64,000 bases of DNA. It comes from an uncultured Methanosarcinaceae archaeon. GTDB taxonomy: Archaea > Halobacteriota > Methanosarcinia > Methanosarcinales > Methanosarcinaceae. Shown piece by piece: positions 33,955-44,844 of the stretch. Position 1 is the stretch's first letter. The number at the start of each line of letters is the position of its first letter. The translations under genes were made by a program, and so were the position numbers. The DNA lies in assembly GCA_963833425.1 (NCBI GenBank), contig CAWHXP010000015.1:1-64000 (forward strand). The letters are read 5' to 3'. A model generated the notes under the pieces. That model had not been told where the DNA came from. It did no database searches and saw only the letters and a list, made by a program, of their open reading frames with translations.

Positions 33955-34509
33955 ATAAAAATCGTTAAATTAGTTGCAGGAATGCGATTCTTTGGGTTGA
34001 TTCCGGTTATCGGTTTGGCAATTGCGGCTTGTATTCTGTTCATTAAAGGTGGATTTGATCTAGTTAATTTACTACTAGAAGTGATTGCCGAAATAGAAAA
34101 GACAGGTACAAAAGGCGTTATTATTGTTGGATTTGTGGAGATTGTTCATTTTTTTTTAATTGGTACAATACTTTTCCTCACTTCACTTGGTTTCTACCAA
34201 TTGTTTTTCCAGGTGCTTCCGTTACCTGAGTGGTTGAAGATGGATAATATTGAGGAGATGGAATTGAGTTTAATAGGACTTACTATAGTTGTGCTTGGGG
34301 TTAATTTCTTGAGCGTGATCTTTGAACAGCAAGAAATCAATTTGGCAGTCTATGGAATCGGCTACTCTTTACCTATAATAGCATTGTCTTATTTTATGAA
34401 AGTGCGCTCTGAATTAAAAAATAATAATAGTAAGCATCCGATGGTAATCGAGGAGGTATTCTCTCTAGATAGTGAATCTACTCAATTATTGGACAGAAAA
34501 AAAGGTTGA
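33955..34509 (+). CDS. YqhA / UPF0114 family membrane protein
   Basis: VEIVHFFLIGTILFLTSLGFYQLF...LPEWLKMDNIEEME. AAGGAGG lies 8 nt before an in-frame ATA; first ATG at 33982. Confidence 0.8.
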   Translation: MKIVKLVAGMRFFGLIPVIGLAIAACILFIKGGFDLVNLLLEVIAEIEKTGTKGVIIVGFVEIVHFFLIGTILFLTSLGFYQLFFQVLPLPEWLKMDNIEEMELSLIGLTIVVLGVNFLSVIFEQQEINLAVYGIGYSLPIIALSYFMKVRSELKNNNSKHPMVIEEVFSLDSESTQLLDRKKG

Positions 34510-34600
34510 AAAGGGAATAATTATATTTTTTGCTAAAGTAAAAACGGGAAATTTGGATACATACGCTTTGTTTTCCTAAATCTATGATAGTTCTATGTAT

Positions 34601-34728
34601 GGTTCTGGTGCAAAAATAATGTTTCCTCAGTTTGAGACTACAATTATTGCCTTTGTGTGCTATTTTATTCCGAATGAAACTAATTAAATCTCCTTATTGT
34701 GAATGTTTACATTGATTTTGCAACAAAG
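34601..34728 (-). mobile_element. Diverged inverted copy of the IS6-type MITE; another IS6 IR ends at 34873
   Basis: GGTTCTGGTGCAAAAATAAT...; the reverse complement aligns to 54791-54939. Confidence 0.55.
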
Positions 34729-34958
34729 CCATATCTTAAGTACCATATTACTGTTTGCAGAATGATTTCGCCTACAAAGTGTTTCCATTTAAAAGCATTT
34801 AATGGCATATTATATACTCTTAAATTCCTATTTATTTATAGTATCAAGCTCATATTTTTTTTGCAACGGAACCTAATCACTACAGAAAAGGGGGGAATTG
34901 GCTAAAAAAATATATTTGTAATTTTCCTTGCCTAAATAGTTAATAGCTCCCCATGCTT

Positions 34959-36876
34959 TTATTCTACCACAGCAATACGATTTCTGGGTCCAGGATCCAT
35001 TGCCTTGGAGTGAGAGAAGTAATTGGCTGTGACATTCACATCATCCAGAGCTGTAACATTCATACCATCCAGAGATGATTCATTAATCCTATTGCCAGCC
35101 TCCAGGATAGATAAATTCTTGACTCTCTCAGCCATGAAGCTGTCCATTGTTACGCGGTAAGGGTTGTTTGGATCGATAGAAGTCCCATTGATCTTTATGC
35201 CGGAGATATTGACCCTCTCACTAACTGGGGCGCTCTTGTTCCAGGTATAATCGAAGCCTTTTGAGACTTGGAGTGTGCTGCTCTTGTTGCCACTAATAGT
35301 GTAACTGATTCTCCAGCAAATCTTTTATTTGAGTTCCATTCAAGGTCATTGTGACTAACTTGTCTCCAAAGGGCTGGATGCTGAAAATCTGACCATACGT
35401 AACATTACTTTGGCGCTCACTTCCACTCAAATTTAAGTCAGAGCGAATGCCTTCCGGATTCGTGAAAGCTACATCAGCACCGCCATAACTTGGATTATGT
35501 GTGTAATAGAGTTGGGCATCAGCTATAAGATCTCCCAGAGTGGATTCGCCTGCCTCATTAGGTTCTGCCGTAAAATTACCCTTGATGCTGCCAATTACCT
35601 TGTCTGCAATGGGTGCAACTAGAAATTTGTACCTCATAACCAACCCAGCTACTCTGGAATCTTTAGGAACATCACTTGACACTAGAATGTTTCTGGCCTT
35701 TTTCTCGATCACGTCATGAGTCTCGTTGCTAATCACCATATCGATATCTGTGAGTACATTACCATATGCATAAGCTTCTGTCACATTGCGGTCGTCAAAA
35801 AGTTCATTGTAGGCCTGATGGGTATGGCCGGTGATAAATACAACTACTGAACGATCGGTGTTTTTAACAACATCTAAAATGTGCATGCTATTGCTATCAT
35901 TCTGATCCAGTTGCGTGTTGTTTAATGTCTGATTTTGTGAATATCCTCCATTGTGTATGAGCACCACTATGGTTTTTACTCCCTTATCATCCTTCAGCTC
36001 CTTGACGTATTTGTTAATGGTCTCAGTTTCATTTAGGAACTTAAGCCCTTTTACAGCGAATTTACTAACTGTCGTTGGTGTACTCTCCAGTGCTATTCCA
36101 ATGAATCCTATAGGTACTCCCTGAACATAGGTGACAGCATAAGCAGGGAATACTAGGGCGTTAGTGCTGTTATTGACTATGTTAGCAGCCAGATACTGGA
36201 AGTGTGTTCCTTCAAAGGACGAGTTCTCAAGACAGTCATCTGGATGGCAACCACCATATTGAATTCGCATGAGCTCATCTAGTCCTTTATCCAGCTCGTG
36301 ATTGCCTACTGTAGAAAAATCAAATCCCATCATGTTAAGAGCCTTTATTGTTGGTTCATCATGGAAGTGGGCTGAGATCAGTGGGCTAGCACCTATATTG
36401 TCTCCAGCCGAAACCACAATTGTATTTGGGTTCTCTGATTTGAATCTCTTTATGTAAGTGGCTAGGTATTCGGCACCTACTGCATCTTTGGATGTCTCCA
36501 GATGGCCGTGGAAATCATTAATAGACAGGATGTGAACGGATATATTGCCTGTTTTATCGATAGGAGAACAAAAAAATGCATGATTATACAGAGTAGGTGA
36601 ATTCTGCGAGTTAATTTCAATTGCTTTGTCATACGCACTTATTGCTTTATCAAATTTACTAAAATTAAATACATTGTTATTGCCGGGAATTTGAATCTCA
36701 AATTTATTAGAATTAAATGCATTGTTACTGCCGGAATTTTTAATATCTTCAGATGAAGCCACGCTTGCGATATTCACCAGAATTAAAAACATCACCATAG
36801 TGATGCTTAAAGCCATTATGTAAGTATGCTTTCTACTTGCTTTATCACATAACACTTTTTTCATGCTAAACCTCAT
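34959..36876 (-). pseudogene. Secreted bifunctional UDP-sugar hydrolase / 5'-nucleotidase, frameshifted near 35303
   Basis: INDFHGHL, SAGDNIG, VGNHELD, ITGHTH, GESTLGDLIADA. The C-terminus (LQVSKGFDYTW...PYRVTMDSFMA) is in another frame. Confidence 0.88.
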
Positions 36877-37020
36877 TATATGGATTTAAATATTGATTCT
36901 AAAGAACGGTTGCGAGATTGGAAGCAGTAAACAAAAACTTAACTCCCAGTTTACAAAAAATTTGTGACATTGTTTTCTATATTTTTGACTGGATCTTACA
37001 ATTAAGGTCATCTGGATTGC

Positions 37021-38093
37021 TTATAAATTCCCTTCATTTTTTCGATATAGGTTAAGCTTTGTACAGATGACTACGGAAACCCAGATTGTAAATACAGGAA
37101 TGAAAGTTTTCAAGAAATCCGTTAATATGAATCCGTGACAATTAATTTCGGGACAATTAATCTCTCCGGCTGCACAAAACAAAAGCTCCAAAATGTTTTT
37201 GGACACCATAAATAGCAGAAGTGCAATAAATGCCCTTGTAATCCGCTGCTCTGCAGTTCCGGTGTCTTCTGGTATTCCTTTTCTTATGATAAGGATATAT
37301 GCAACATTCATGCCAAAGAAATATCCTACTGATTCAAAATTTAAAGGATTATAATGAACTAGGGATAATGCAACGAGGAAAATAGGAATAATGAACATAA
37401 AACAGTACAAAAATAGATTCGGATACCTCAAAGCAAATTCAAAGCTCTCTTTTTTAAAAAAATCCTCTTTTAACGAACTTTTAAGAAAATGTTCAAAAAA
37501 GACTAGGGAAATTAACCCCACAACAGCTCCACCAAACACGTCTCCTATGAAATGTTTCCCGAGGTATATTCTTGAAAAAGCCATCAATACCACCGCGAAA
37601 GGAGTTAATCTTTTGATTAGCTGATTGTTGAAAATAATTGCAGTTCCTCCCCATAGCGCAGTTGTAAGCGATACGTGCCCTGAAGGAAAGCCAAGACTAG
37701 CAAGGTCATAAATGTGTTGAAATGAAAGGCTGTAAGAATGTCATCGCTAGGAAGAGCTAAAAAGCCTTTTGCTCCATTCCCAGTAAAATTAGACGTACTT
37801 GTCATATTAGTACAGTTTTCTAGGTTAAGAACCTTGTTATCTATATAATAAGGCCTTGGATATCCAAATAATAGTTTTAGAATATCGGTGAGCAGATCTG
37901 TCCAGATAAATATCTGAAGTAAAAGGAACCCTTTTTTAAAATTGATACCAAAAATGGCTATAATTATGATGGGCACAATTAAAGAGGGATATCCCATATT
38001 AGTTATCGGAATCACGGATTGATGCGCAAAACATTGGGTTGTATTGTTTCCAAGGACATGTTGTAAGGAGACTATGTGGTCAGTCTGGAACAT
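37021..38093 (-). pseudogene. PAP2-family membrane phosphatase, frameshifted near 37710
   Basis: LKLLFGYPRP, a GFPSGH-like segment across the shift, SRIYLGKHFIGDV. Confidence 0.85.
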
Positions 38094-38838
38094 GTAGTAT
38101 CAATCCTTCAAAAAGTTTCAATGTTATCGTTTTATGTGGCAATTATTATAAAGATATTCCACTTTAAATTTCGATCGTGAAGATGTACTCAAAGTATATG
38201 GGTGATATGTCGAGTTCTATTTTCTTTTGTTCTTATAGGGCTTCCAAAAACTTTGAAGTGATTTTTAAAGGCAAGATATTTTAGTTGATTATGTGCTCAA
38301 AATTCAAAAATGAGATTTCTTTTGTTTTATTAGCTTAGATATCCGGTTGGTCTAATATCTCAAAAATTTGATCTCTTGAGCTGCAGGTGGTGAACCGTTT
38401 GAAGCCTTCTAGAAATCTATTTCAAGGTACGGGGATATATGTAACTTATAAAAGATTTAATTTATTATATATTTTTTGTATGTATACTAAATACTACTAA
38501 TAGGTTCCATTGCAAAAATATTCGAGTCATTTGAATTTACTTTATTTCGTATGCACAGATTTTATAGCAAAATCTCTGCATTGACGTAACCACGAAATCT
38601 CATTTTATAATGGTAGAAACAATGAAAAACAGTAGTTTTTACTAAATTTTTAGCATACAGTTCTGTAATGAATTAAAAACGCAGAAAAGAGTATAAAATT
38701 TTTTATTTTAAGAAAACTGTGCTATAGTCAATCAGATAATTTTATTCAGGGAAAGCTAGAAGTATACAATGATCAATTAGCAAAATATTTATCTGTAATC
38801 AAAATGGTAATTGAATTTTTGGTCGTGAGAAGATTAGC

Positions 38839-39423
38839 CTGGATTGGAATGAAGCATACAAGGGTACACCACCATGGGATATCAGTCACCCCCAGTCAGT
38901 TTTCGAAGCTCTTATAAAGGATGGAGAAATTACGCCTGGAAGAGCTCTGGATATTGGATGTGGCCGGGGTGATAATGCAATAATGTTAACCATAAATGGA
39001 TGTAATGTCACAGGTATAGACATTGTTGAAGATGCTATCACAGATGCAAAAGCAAAAGCTATAAAGCATCATGTTAAGGTAAATTTTGTAGTCGGAAATG
39101 TGTTACAGATGGACCGACTTTTCACAGAGGCTGAATTCGATATCGTTATTGATTCGGGTTTGTTTCATGTGATGACGGATGAGGAAAGGCCAGTTTTTGC
39201 ATGGCAGATACATAGAGTGCTAAAACCAGGCGGCAAATATTTCATGCTTTGTTTCTCGGATAAAGAGCCCGGAGACTACGGGCCCAGGAGGATTTCAAAA
39301 GCTGAAATAGAGCGTACTTTCACGTCACTTTTTAATATTATATATATAAAAGACTCGGCTTTAGATACTGGAGTTAGGGCAAGTAGCATTAAAGCTTACC
39401 TGTTGTTAGCGACAAGGAGTTAA
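38839..39423 (+). CDS. Class I SAM-dependent methyltransferase (TPMT/TehB-like)
   Basis: The frame upstream of ATG 38983 encodes DWNEAYKGTPPWDISHPQ...RALDIGCGRGDNA, so the start must be near CTG 38839. FDIVIDSGLFH follows. Confidence 0.85.
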   Translation: MDWNEAYKGTPPWDISHPQSVFEALIKDGEITPGRALDIGCGRGDNAIMLTINGCNVTGIDIVEDAITDAKAKAIKHHVKVNFVVGNVLQMDRLFTEAEFDIVIDSGLFHVMTDEERPVFAWQIHRVLKPGGKYFMLCFSDKEPGDYGPRRISKAEIERTFTSLFNIIYIKDSALDTGVRASSIKAYLLLATRS

Positions 39424-39756
39424 TTAGATCAATCAGAGATTTGATGCTCCATCTACGAAGTTCCATAAAATCTTGGATAGGCTTTTTATTGGCAGTTAGG
39501 ATGTAGGAGATCTAATATCCCCTTCATTATTTTTCAATCAATTTTTTATAGGTCTCTTTTCATTCAGCATTTATTAGGGATCTCTTAGTCGTGTATGGTT
39601 TTTAAGTCTTATGATTAATCAATTTACTCGATATAATAATTATTTTATCTTTCGAATAGGCTTTTGGTCAGTCAACATAAGGAACCCTTAAACTTTAATC
39701 ATCCAACCTCCAGAATTTATATAAAATTCGGACGGCATAGAACTAGATAGATTAAA

Positions 39757-39951
39757 ATGAAAGTGCGTGAGGTTATCAAGCTACTTGAAGCCGATGGTTG
39801 GTATCTGGTTGCCACAAAAGGAAGCCCTCGGCAATATAAACACCCGATTAAATCAGGCCGAGTAACGATTGCGGGTCATAGTGGAGATGATCTTGCTCCA
39901 GGTACTTTAAGTAGCATAGTAAAGCAAGCGCGATTGAAAATGGAGAGTTAA
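39757..39951 (+). CDS. hicA: HicA-family toxin (GSH motif altered to GSP)
   Basis: MKVREVIKLLEADGW...KGSPRQYKHP...GRVTIAGH...DLAPGTL. Confidence 0.9.
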   Translation: MKVREVIKLLEADGWYLVATKGSPRQYKHPIKSGRVTIAGHSGDDLAPGTLSSIVKQARLKMES

Positions 39952-39953
39952 AA

Positions 39954-40196
39954 ATGTACCGTTTTCTTGTTGTAATAGAAAAAGCAAGCAATAACTATTC
40001 AGCATATTCTCCTGACTTGCCAGGTTGTATAGCTACTGGCTCAACCAGGGCCGAAGCGGAGAAGAATATCTATGAAGCTATCGAAATGCATGTTCAAGGA
40101 TTGTTGGATGATAATTTACCGATTCCGGAATCAGAATCATTTGCAGAATATGTAGTTATTGCTGAAAAGTCATCGACTAGGTTTGAAGTTATGTAA
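39954..40196 (+). CDS. hicB: HicB-family antitoxin (short form)
   Basis: YSAYSPDLPGCIATG...EAIEMHVQGL...LPIPES; 2 bp after hicA. Confidence 0.9.
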   Translation: MYRFLVVIEKASNNYSAYSPDLPGCIATGSTRAEAEKNIYEAIEMHVQGLLDDNLPIPESESFAEYVVIAEKSSTRFEVM

Positions 40197-40428
40197 ATTA
40201 TATTTCATATATATCGCCTTATAACATTTTTTTCGTTAAAATTTCACCTGAAAGTTCTTGTGTTCTACCTATGTTTTTGCTAACTGGATCATTCCATTAC
40301 ATATAAGAATATCCAAGTTTCTATCGATTACATGCCATTAAATGCAAAAAAATAGTAAGAAAAACACAGGCAAATTCTACCACATCCTTAAGATATCGAT
40401 TTTAAATTAAGAAAAGTATACCAAATAC

Positions 40429-41283
40429 GGTTCCGTTGCAAAAACTTCAAAAAAATATGTAAATCTATAAGTAATTAATAAAAATCAAAATATTTAAGGA
40501 AAATGTACTAACATTATAAAGCTATACCAAATAATTGATTAATGTATTTGACTTTATTAAGAGCAGAGTAGTTTAGATCGATTACTTGTCCTTTTTTGAT
40601 CATATTTATAGCTTCAATTCCTTTTAAAGTCTTATTAGCAGATTGAAAAGACTGAAATCCTAACATTGGATTAACAATTCTCTTTATAGATCTGTGATCT
40701 TGTTCTATAATATTATTCAAATAGTTGATTTGTCTAATTTCAACATTTTTAGACAATTTCTTTTCATTTTTCAGTTAATCTCTAGCAGGTGGATAAGCTG
40801 GATTCTTATCAACGGTTATTAATCTTGGAATTTGATTATGATTAAAACTTAAAGCTTTCTTAAAGAATCTCTTCGCTGCTTTTCTATTTAGTTTTGAACT
40901 TAACATGAAATCAATTGTATCTCCATTTGAGTCAACTGCTCGATAAAAATAGTCCCATTTACCTTTTACTTTGATATAGGTTTCATCAACTCTCCACGAA
41001 TAGTTTGTTAGCCTTAAATGTCTTCTTATCTTCTTTTCTATTTCAGGTGAATATTGATGTACCCATCTCATGATTGTTGTATGGTAGACTTTTACTCCCC
41101 TTTCTGCCATCATTTCCTTTAAATTTCTATAGCTTAATGGATATTTTAAGTACCATCTTACATTTAATAGGATAATTTCCCTTTCATAATGCTTCCATTT
41201 AAAGGAATTAGATAGCATGTTACTATCTTTGATTTTCTTTTTATTCTATTGTATCATTAAAAAGGATTTTTTGCAACGGAACC
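40429..41283 (-). mobile_element. Full-length IS6 with an in-frame TAA in the transposase
   Basis: Both IRs present; PPARD-TAA-LKNEKKL at 40775-40777. Confidence 0.93.
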
Positions 41284-41285
41284 TA

Positions 41286-41670
41286 TCATTTCTAGTCTAT
41301 GTAAATCAGTGCATGCCGATTGTTTGTCTGGCACGAGAGTAAACTAAAAACCAAGAGCAGAAGCTGTATTAGATCTCACAGATAAGTCTTCATCGGTAGT
41401 CGGTCTATGTAAGTCATTCCATGCACGTTGTTTATCTGGTACGTGAGAAAACGCAGAACCAAGAGCAGAAGTGCATTAAATTTCATCAAATTGTCTTCAT
41501 AAAGGATCAGGCCAACTAAATAGTTCCACACCTGGTGTTTATCTGGTACGTGAGCAATGCAGAACCAAAAGCCTAGGCTGCACCAAATCTCATAGTACTG
41601 CTTTCATCATTGGCCAGTCATGTAATCGTACCATGCCTGTTGTTTATCTGACATACAAGAACATCATTGT
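41286..41670 (-). pseudogene. Degenerate HEAT-repeat protein remnant (Methanosarcina type)
   Basis: Repeated, broken units SALGSAFSHVPDKQRAWNDLHR..TDEDLSVRS with ~115-bp periodicity (CCAGATAAACA / CTTGGTTCTGC). Confidence 0.7.
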
Positions 41671-41834
41671 TTCTCCAATCTGTCACAGATATTTTCCCGT
41701 TCAGAAACCAAGTTCAATGCCCGTTTGCAGCAAATCGGACCAGAGGCGCAGTGGACACCCCAAAAACTAGCATTAAAGCTTCATCATGCGCAAATACAAG
41801 CCTAATCCAGATTTTGTCGAAGATGTTCGCAAAA

Positions 41835-43118
41835 TCAAACGCGTTCAAGATCTCCACAACCTAGGGCATCGAGCGCCCGTTCAATAGAGCCAACTATAAA
41901 GTTCAAATCGTCTTTTGAAATGCAATAAGGCGGCAACAGATAGATTGTTTGCCCAATAGGACGCAACAACACACCCTGCGCCAGAAAATAGCGATAAAGC
42001 TTCGGCGCGACATCGGACAAATACCCTTGTCGAACATCGCATACATCAAGTGCCATAATCATGCCAATATGCCGCACATTTTCGACATCCTTGCGCGCCG
42101 CCAATCGCGGCAGCAATGCGGCTTGATGATCATGCAGCATCTTTATGCGCTCCATCACGTTATTTTTTTCCCATATATCTATCGAAGCGCAAGCTGCGGC
42201 GCAGGCCAGCGGATTTCCTGTAAAAGAAGTCGAATGGAAGAAAGTTTTGGCGCGGTCTGTGCTGTAAAATGTCTGATAAATATCTTCAGTCGCTAACGTC
42301 GCAGCCATAGGCAAACAACCGTTGGTAAGGCCTTTAGATAAACACACAATGTCCGGTTCTATATTCGCCTGTTCGCAGGCAAAGAGCGTCCCTGTGCGTC
42401 CCCATCCAGTCATGACCTCATCGGCAATGAAAATCACGCCGTAGCTTCGGCATAAAGCGTGCAGCGCGCGCAACGTTGCAGCACTGTAAATTCGCATTCC
42501 GGCAGCCCCAAGAACAAGTGGTTCGACAATCAATGCAGCGATATCGTTAGCTTGCGTTTTGAGCAGCTTCTCGAAGACCTCTACAGTCAAATGTTCGCGG
42601 CCAGTTTCAGGAAAAGGCAGACGATGCACATCGAACAGAAAATTTTCGTAGGGCGCGCTGAAAATGCCGCGCGAACCCACCGACATTGCACCGAACGTAT
42701 CGCCGTGGTACGCATTTTCAAGCGCTACAACGCCCCGCCGAGGTTTGTCTTTGTGCACCCAGTATCCCAACGCCATTTTCAAGGCAACTTCAACAGAAGT
42801 CGAACCGCTGTCGGAATAAAACACACGCGTCAAATTTGGCGGCGTGAGTCCCACCAATTTTTCCGCCAATCTTTCGGCGGGTTCATGTGTGAATCCGGCA
42901 AAGATAATCTGGTCGAGCTTTGTGGCCTGTTCCTGTACAGCCGCAACTATCTTTGGATGATTATGCCCGTGAATATTGACCCACCATGAAGAAATAGCGT
43001 CGATAATTCGACGTCCATCCTTGGCGTAAAGATAAGCACCCTCGGCGCGGTCAATAAAAACGGAATCCGGTAATAATGCATGTTGAGTAAAGGGATGCCA
43101 AATGGGGGAATGGATCAT
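41835..43118 (-). CDS. bioA: Adenosylmethionine--8-amino-7-oxononanoate transaminase
   Basis: PIWHPFTQH, DAISSWWV, DSGSTSVEVALKMA, YHGDTFGAMS, IADEVMTG, LSKGLT. Confidence 0.96.
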   Translation of the reverse strand: MIHSPIWHPFTQHALLPDSVFIDRAEGAYLYAKDGRRIIDAISSWWVNIHGHNHPKIVAAVQEQATKLDQIIFAGFTHEPAERLAEKLVGLTPPNLTRVFYSDSGSTSVEVALKMALGYWVHKDKPRRGVVALENAYHGDTFGAMSVGSRGIFSAPYENFLFDVHRLPFPETGREHLTVEVFEKLLKTQANDIAALIVEPLVLGAAGMRIYSAATLRALHALCRSYGVIFIADEVMTGWGRTGTLFACEQANIEPDIVCLSKGLTNGCLPMAATLATEDIYQTFYSTDRAKTFFHSTSFTGNPLACAAACASIDIWEKNNVMERIKMLHDHQAALLPRLAARKDVENVRHIGMIMALDVCDVRQGYLSDVAPKLYRYFLAQGVLLRPIGQTIYLLPPYCISKDDLNFIVGSIERALDALGCGDLERV

Positions 43119-43735
43119 GCAAAATCCTCTTTCCGAAATCTCTGAGCAAAAACGCCCATCAATGAGGCACGGTCGATAACATCCAGATGTGGCACATGAC
43201 CGAGAACAAGCGCTCCGGAGAAATCTGCGATCGTGCGCATAGTATCGGGATTATCCTCACCGATAAAAATCAACCCGTGCAAAGTCATGTAGCGTTGGCG
43301 CAAGGCCTCAACGGATAACAACGTATGATTGATCGTTCCCAACCCGGTCCGCGCACATAAAATAACCGGTGCAGCCCACGCCTTGAAAACGTCGACCTGT
43401 AATTTCCTTCGAGTCACCGGAACCATAAGCCCGCCAGCGCCTTCGACAATCAAAGTTCCGTCCGCCTTGGGCAAAGAGAGCGCGCCTATTTCAGCGCCAT
43501 CCAATTCGGCCGCAAGATGCGGCGAGAGCGGACGCGATAGAATATAGCGTTCCTGCAGAAATCGATCGTTGGACAATCCAGTCAAACCCTGTACGCGCTG
43601 TGTATCCGTGCCGTCTTCGATGCCGGATTGTATAGGTTTCCAGTAGTGAGCATCCAGGGCAACGGTCAGCATAGCGGCAACAGTAGTTTTGCCGATACCA
43701 GTATCTGTGCCGCTGATAATAAAGATCTTAGTCAT
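43115..43735 (-). CDS. bioD: Dethiobiotin synthase
   Basis: GTDTGIGKT, YWKPIQSG, SPHLAA, VEGAGG, LGTINHTLL. ATGA overlaps with both neighbours. Confidence 0.96.
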   Translation of the reverse strand: MTKIFIISGTDTGIGKTTVAAMLTVALDAHYWKPIQSGIEDGTDTQRVQGLTGLSNDRFLQERYILSRPLSPHLAAELDGAEIGALSLPKADGTLIVEGAGGLMVPVTRRKLQVDVFKAWAAPVILCARTGLGTINHTLLSVEALRQRYMTLHGLIFIGEDNPDTMRTIADFSGALVLGHVPHLDVIDRASLMGVFAQRFRKEDFA

Positions 43736-44844
43736 AGGCCGACACCAGATGGCAAAAGACTTTCCAAAGCCTGCGCAAAATTTTCGATATCTTGCGGCGT
43801 CAGCCCCACATTCAATGACAAGCGTAAACGAGCCGTACCTTCGGGAACGGCAGGGGGGCGTATTGCACGAATGTCGAATCCTTGCGCCTGTAGGTTCTTT
43901 GCCAGCTCGAAAGCTGCGGCATCTTCACCTATGATAATCGGTACAATCTGGCTTTTAACGGCAAGAGCTGAAATTCGTCGAGCCACAAGCGCTTTTAGCG
44001 CAGCAAGTCGTTTGCGCCGTTCAGGTTCATCGCGCACCAATTCTAACGCCCGTTTAACTAAAACAGCCTGCAAAGGCATTGGTGCAGTACTGTAGATAAA
44101 AGGTCGCGCTGCGTTGATGAGATAGTCGATGATATCCTCATTCGCACAAACAAGCGCGCCCGCTACTCCAAGGGCCTTACCGCAAGTATGCAGCGAAATC
44201 ATCCTGTCGTGTGAAAATCCTTCGGTTTCGCCGCGTCCAGTAGCACCGGAGACACCCGTCCCATGCGCTTCGTCAACGACCAGAATCGCATCATATTTTT
44301 CCGCAAGCATGAGAAGCTCGCGTACAGGTGCGATATCGCCGTCCATGCTATAAATAGATTCAACCAAAATCCATTTATTACATCCAGCTTCGACGGGCTT
44401 CTTAAGAGCATCTTCAAAAGCTTCTAGATTGTTATGAGAAATCTTGACCTTCATGCATTGCGCTGCATACAGCCCATCGCGCATACTTGCATGACACAAG
44501 GCATCGAAAATAGCAACATCGTGACGCGAGACTAGTGTTTTAATAAGTGCGTAATTTGCCTGAAATCCATTTGGAAAAAACAATGTGCGAGGGCATCCGT
44601 AATATGCGGCGGCAAAAAATTCAAGGTCTTCATGCGCTTGCCTGTTCCCACGTAAAAGCCTTGAGGCTGTCGCGCCGATTTCTATGCCGCCCTGCAACGC
44701 TTCAATTGCAGCCTGTCGTAAAGCTGGATGCTTAGAAAGGCCGAGATAATCATTAGACGAAAAATCAATTCCCTCAGGGAAGGAGAGCGAACGATAACGT
44801 CCCATGGCCTTCAGCCTGTCGAGATCAGGCGCGAAGTTTTTCAC
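43732..44844 (-). CDS. bioF: 8-amino-7-oxononanoate synthase
   Basis: DFSSNDYLGL, ASRLLRG, ESIYSMDGD, VDEAHGTG, HTCGKALG, AIRPPAVP. GTG at 44844 follows GAGGGG. Confidence 0.95.
   Translation of the reverse strand: MKNFAPDLDRLKAMGRYRSLSFPEGIDFSSNDYLGLSKHPALRQAAIEALQGGIEIGATASRLLRGNRQAHEDLEFFAAAYYGCPRTLFFPNGFQANYALIKTLVSRHDVAIFDALCHASMRDGLYAAQCMKVKISHNNLEAFEDALKKPVEAGCNKWILVESIYSMDGDIAPVRELLMLAEKYDAILVVDEAHGTGVSGATGRGETEGFSHDRMISLHTCGKALGVAGALVCANEDIIDYLINAARPFIYSTAPMPLQAVLVKRALELVRDEPERRKRLAALKALVARRISALAVKSQIVPIIIGEDAAAFELAKNLQAQGFDIRAIRPPAVPEGTARLRLSLNVGLTPQDIENFAQALESLLPSGVGL

Noticed and set aside
35293..35295. TAG ending the 5'-nucleotidase ORF as a possible pyrrolysine codon
   Set aside because: The homologous C-terminus (LQVSKGFDYTW) continues in a different frame, so this is a frameshift and not amber read-through.
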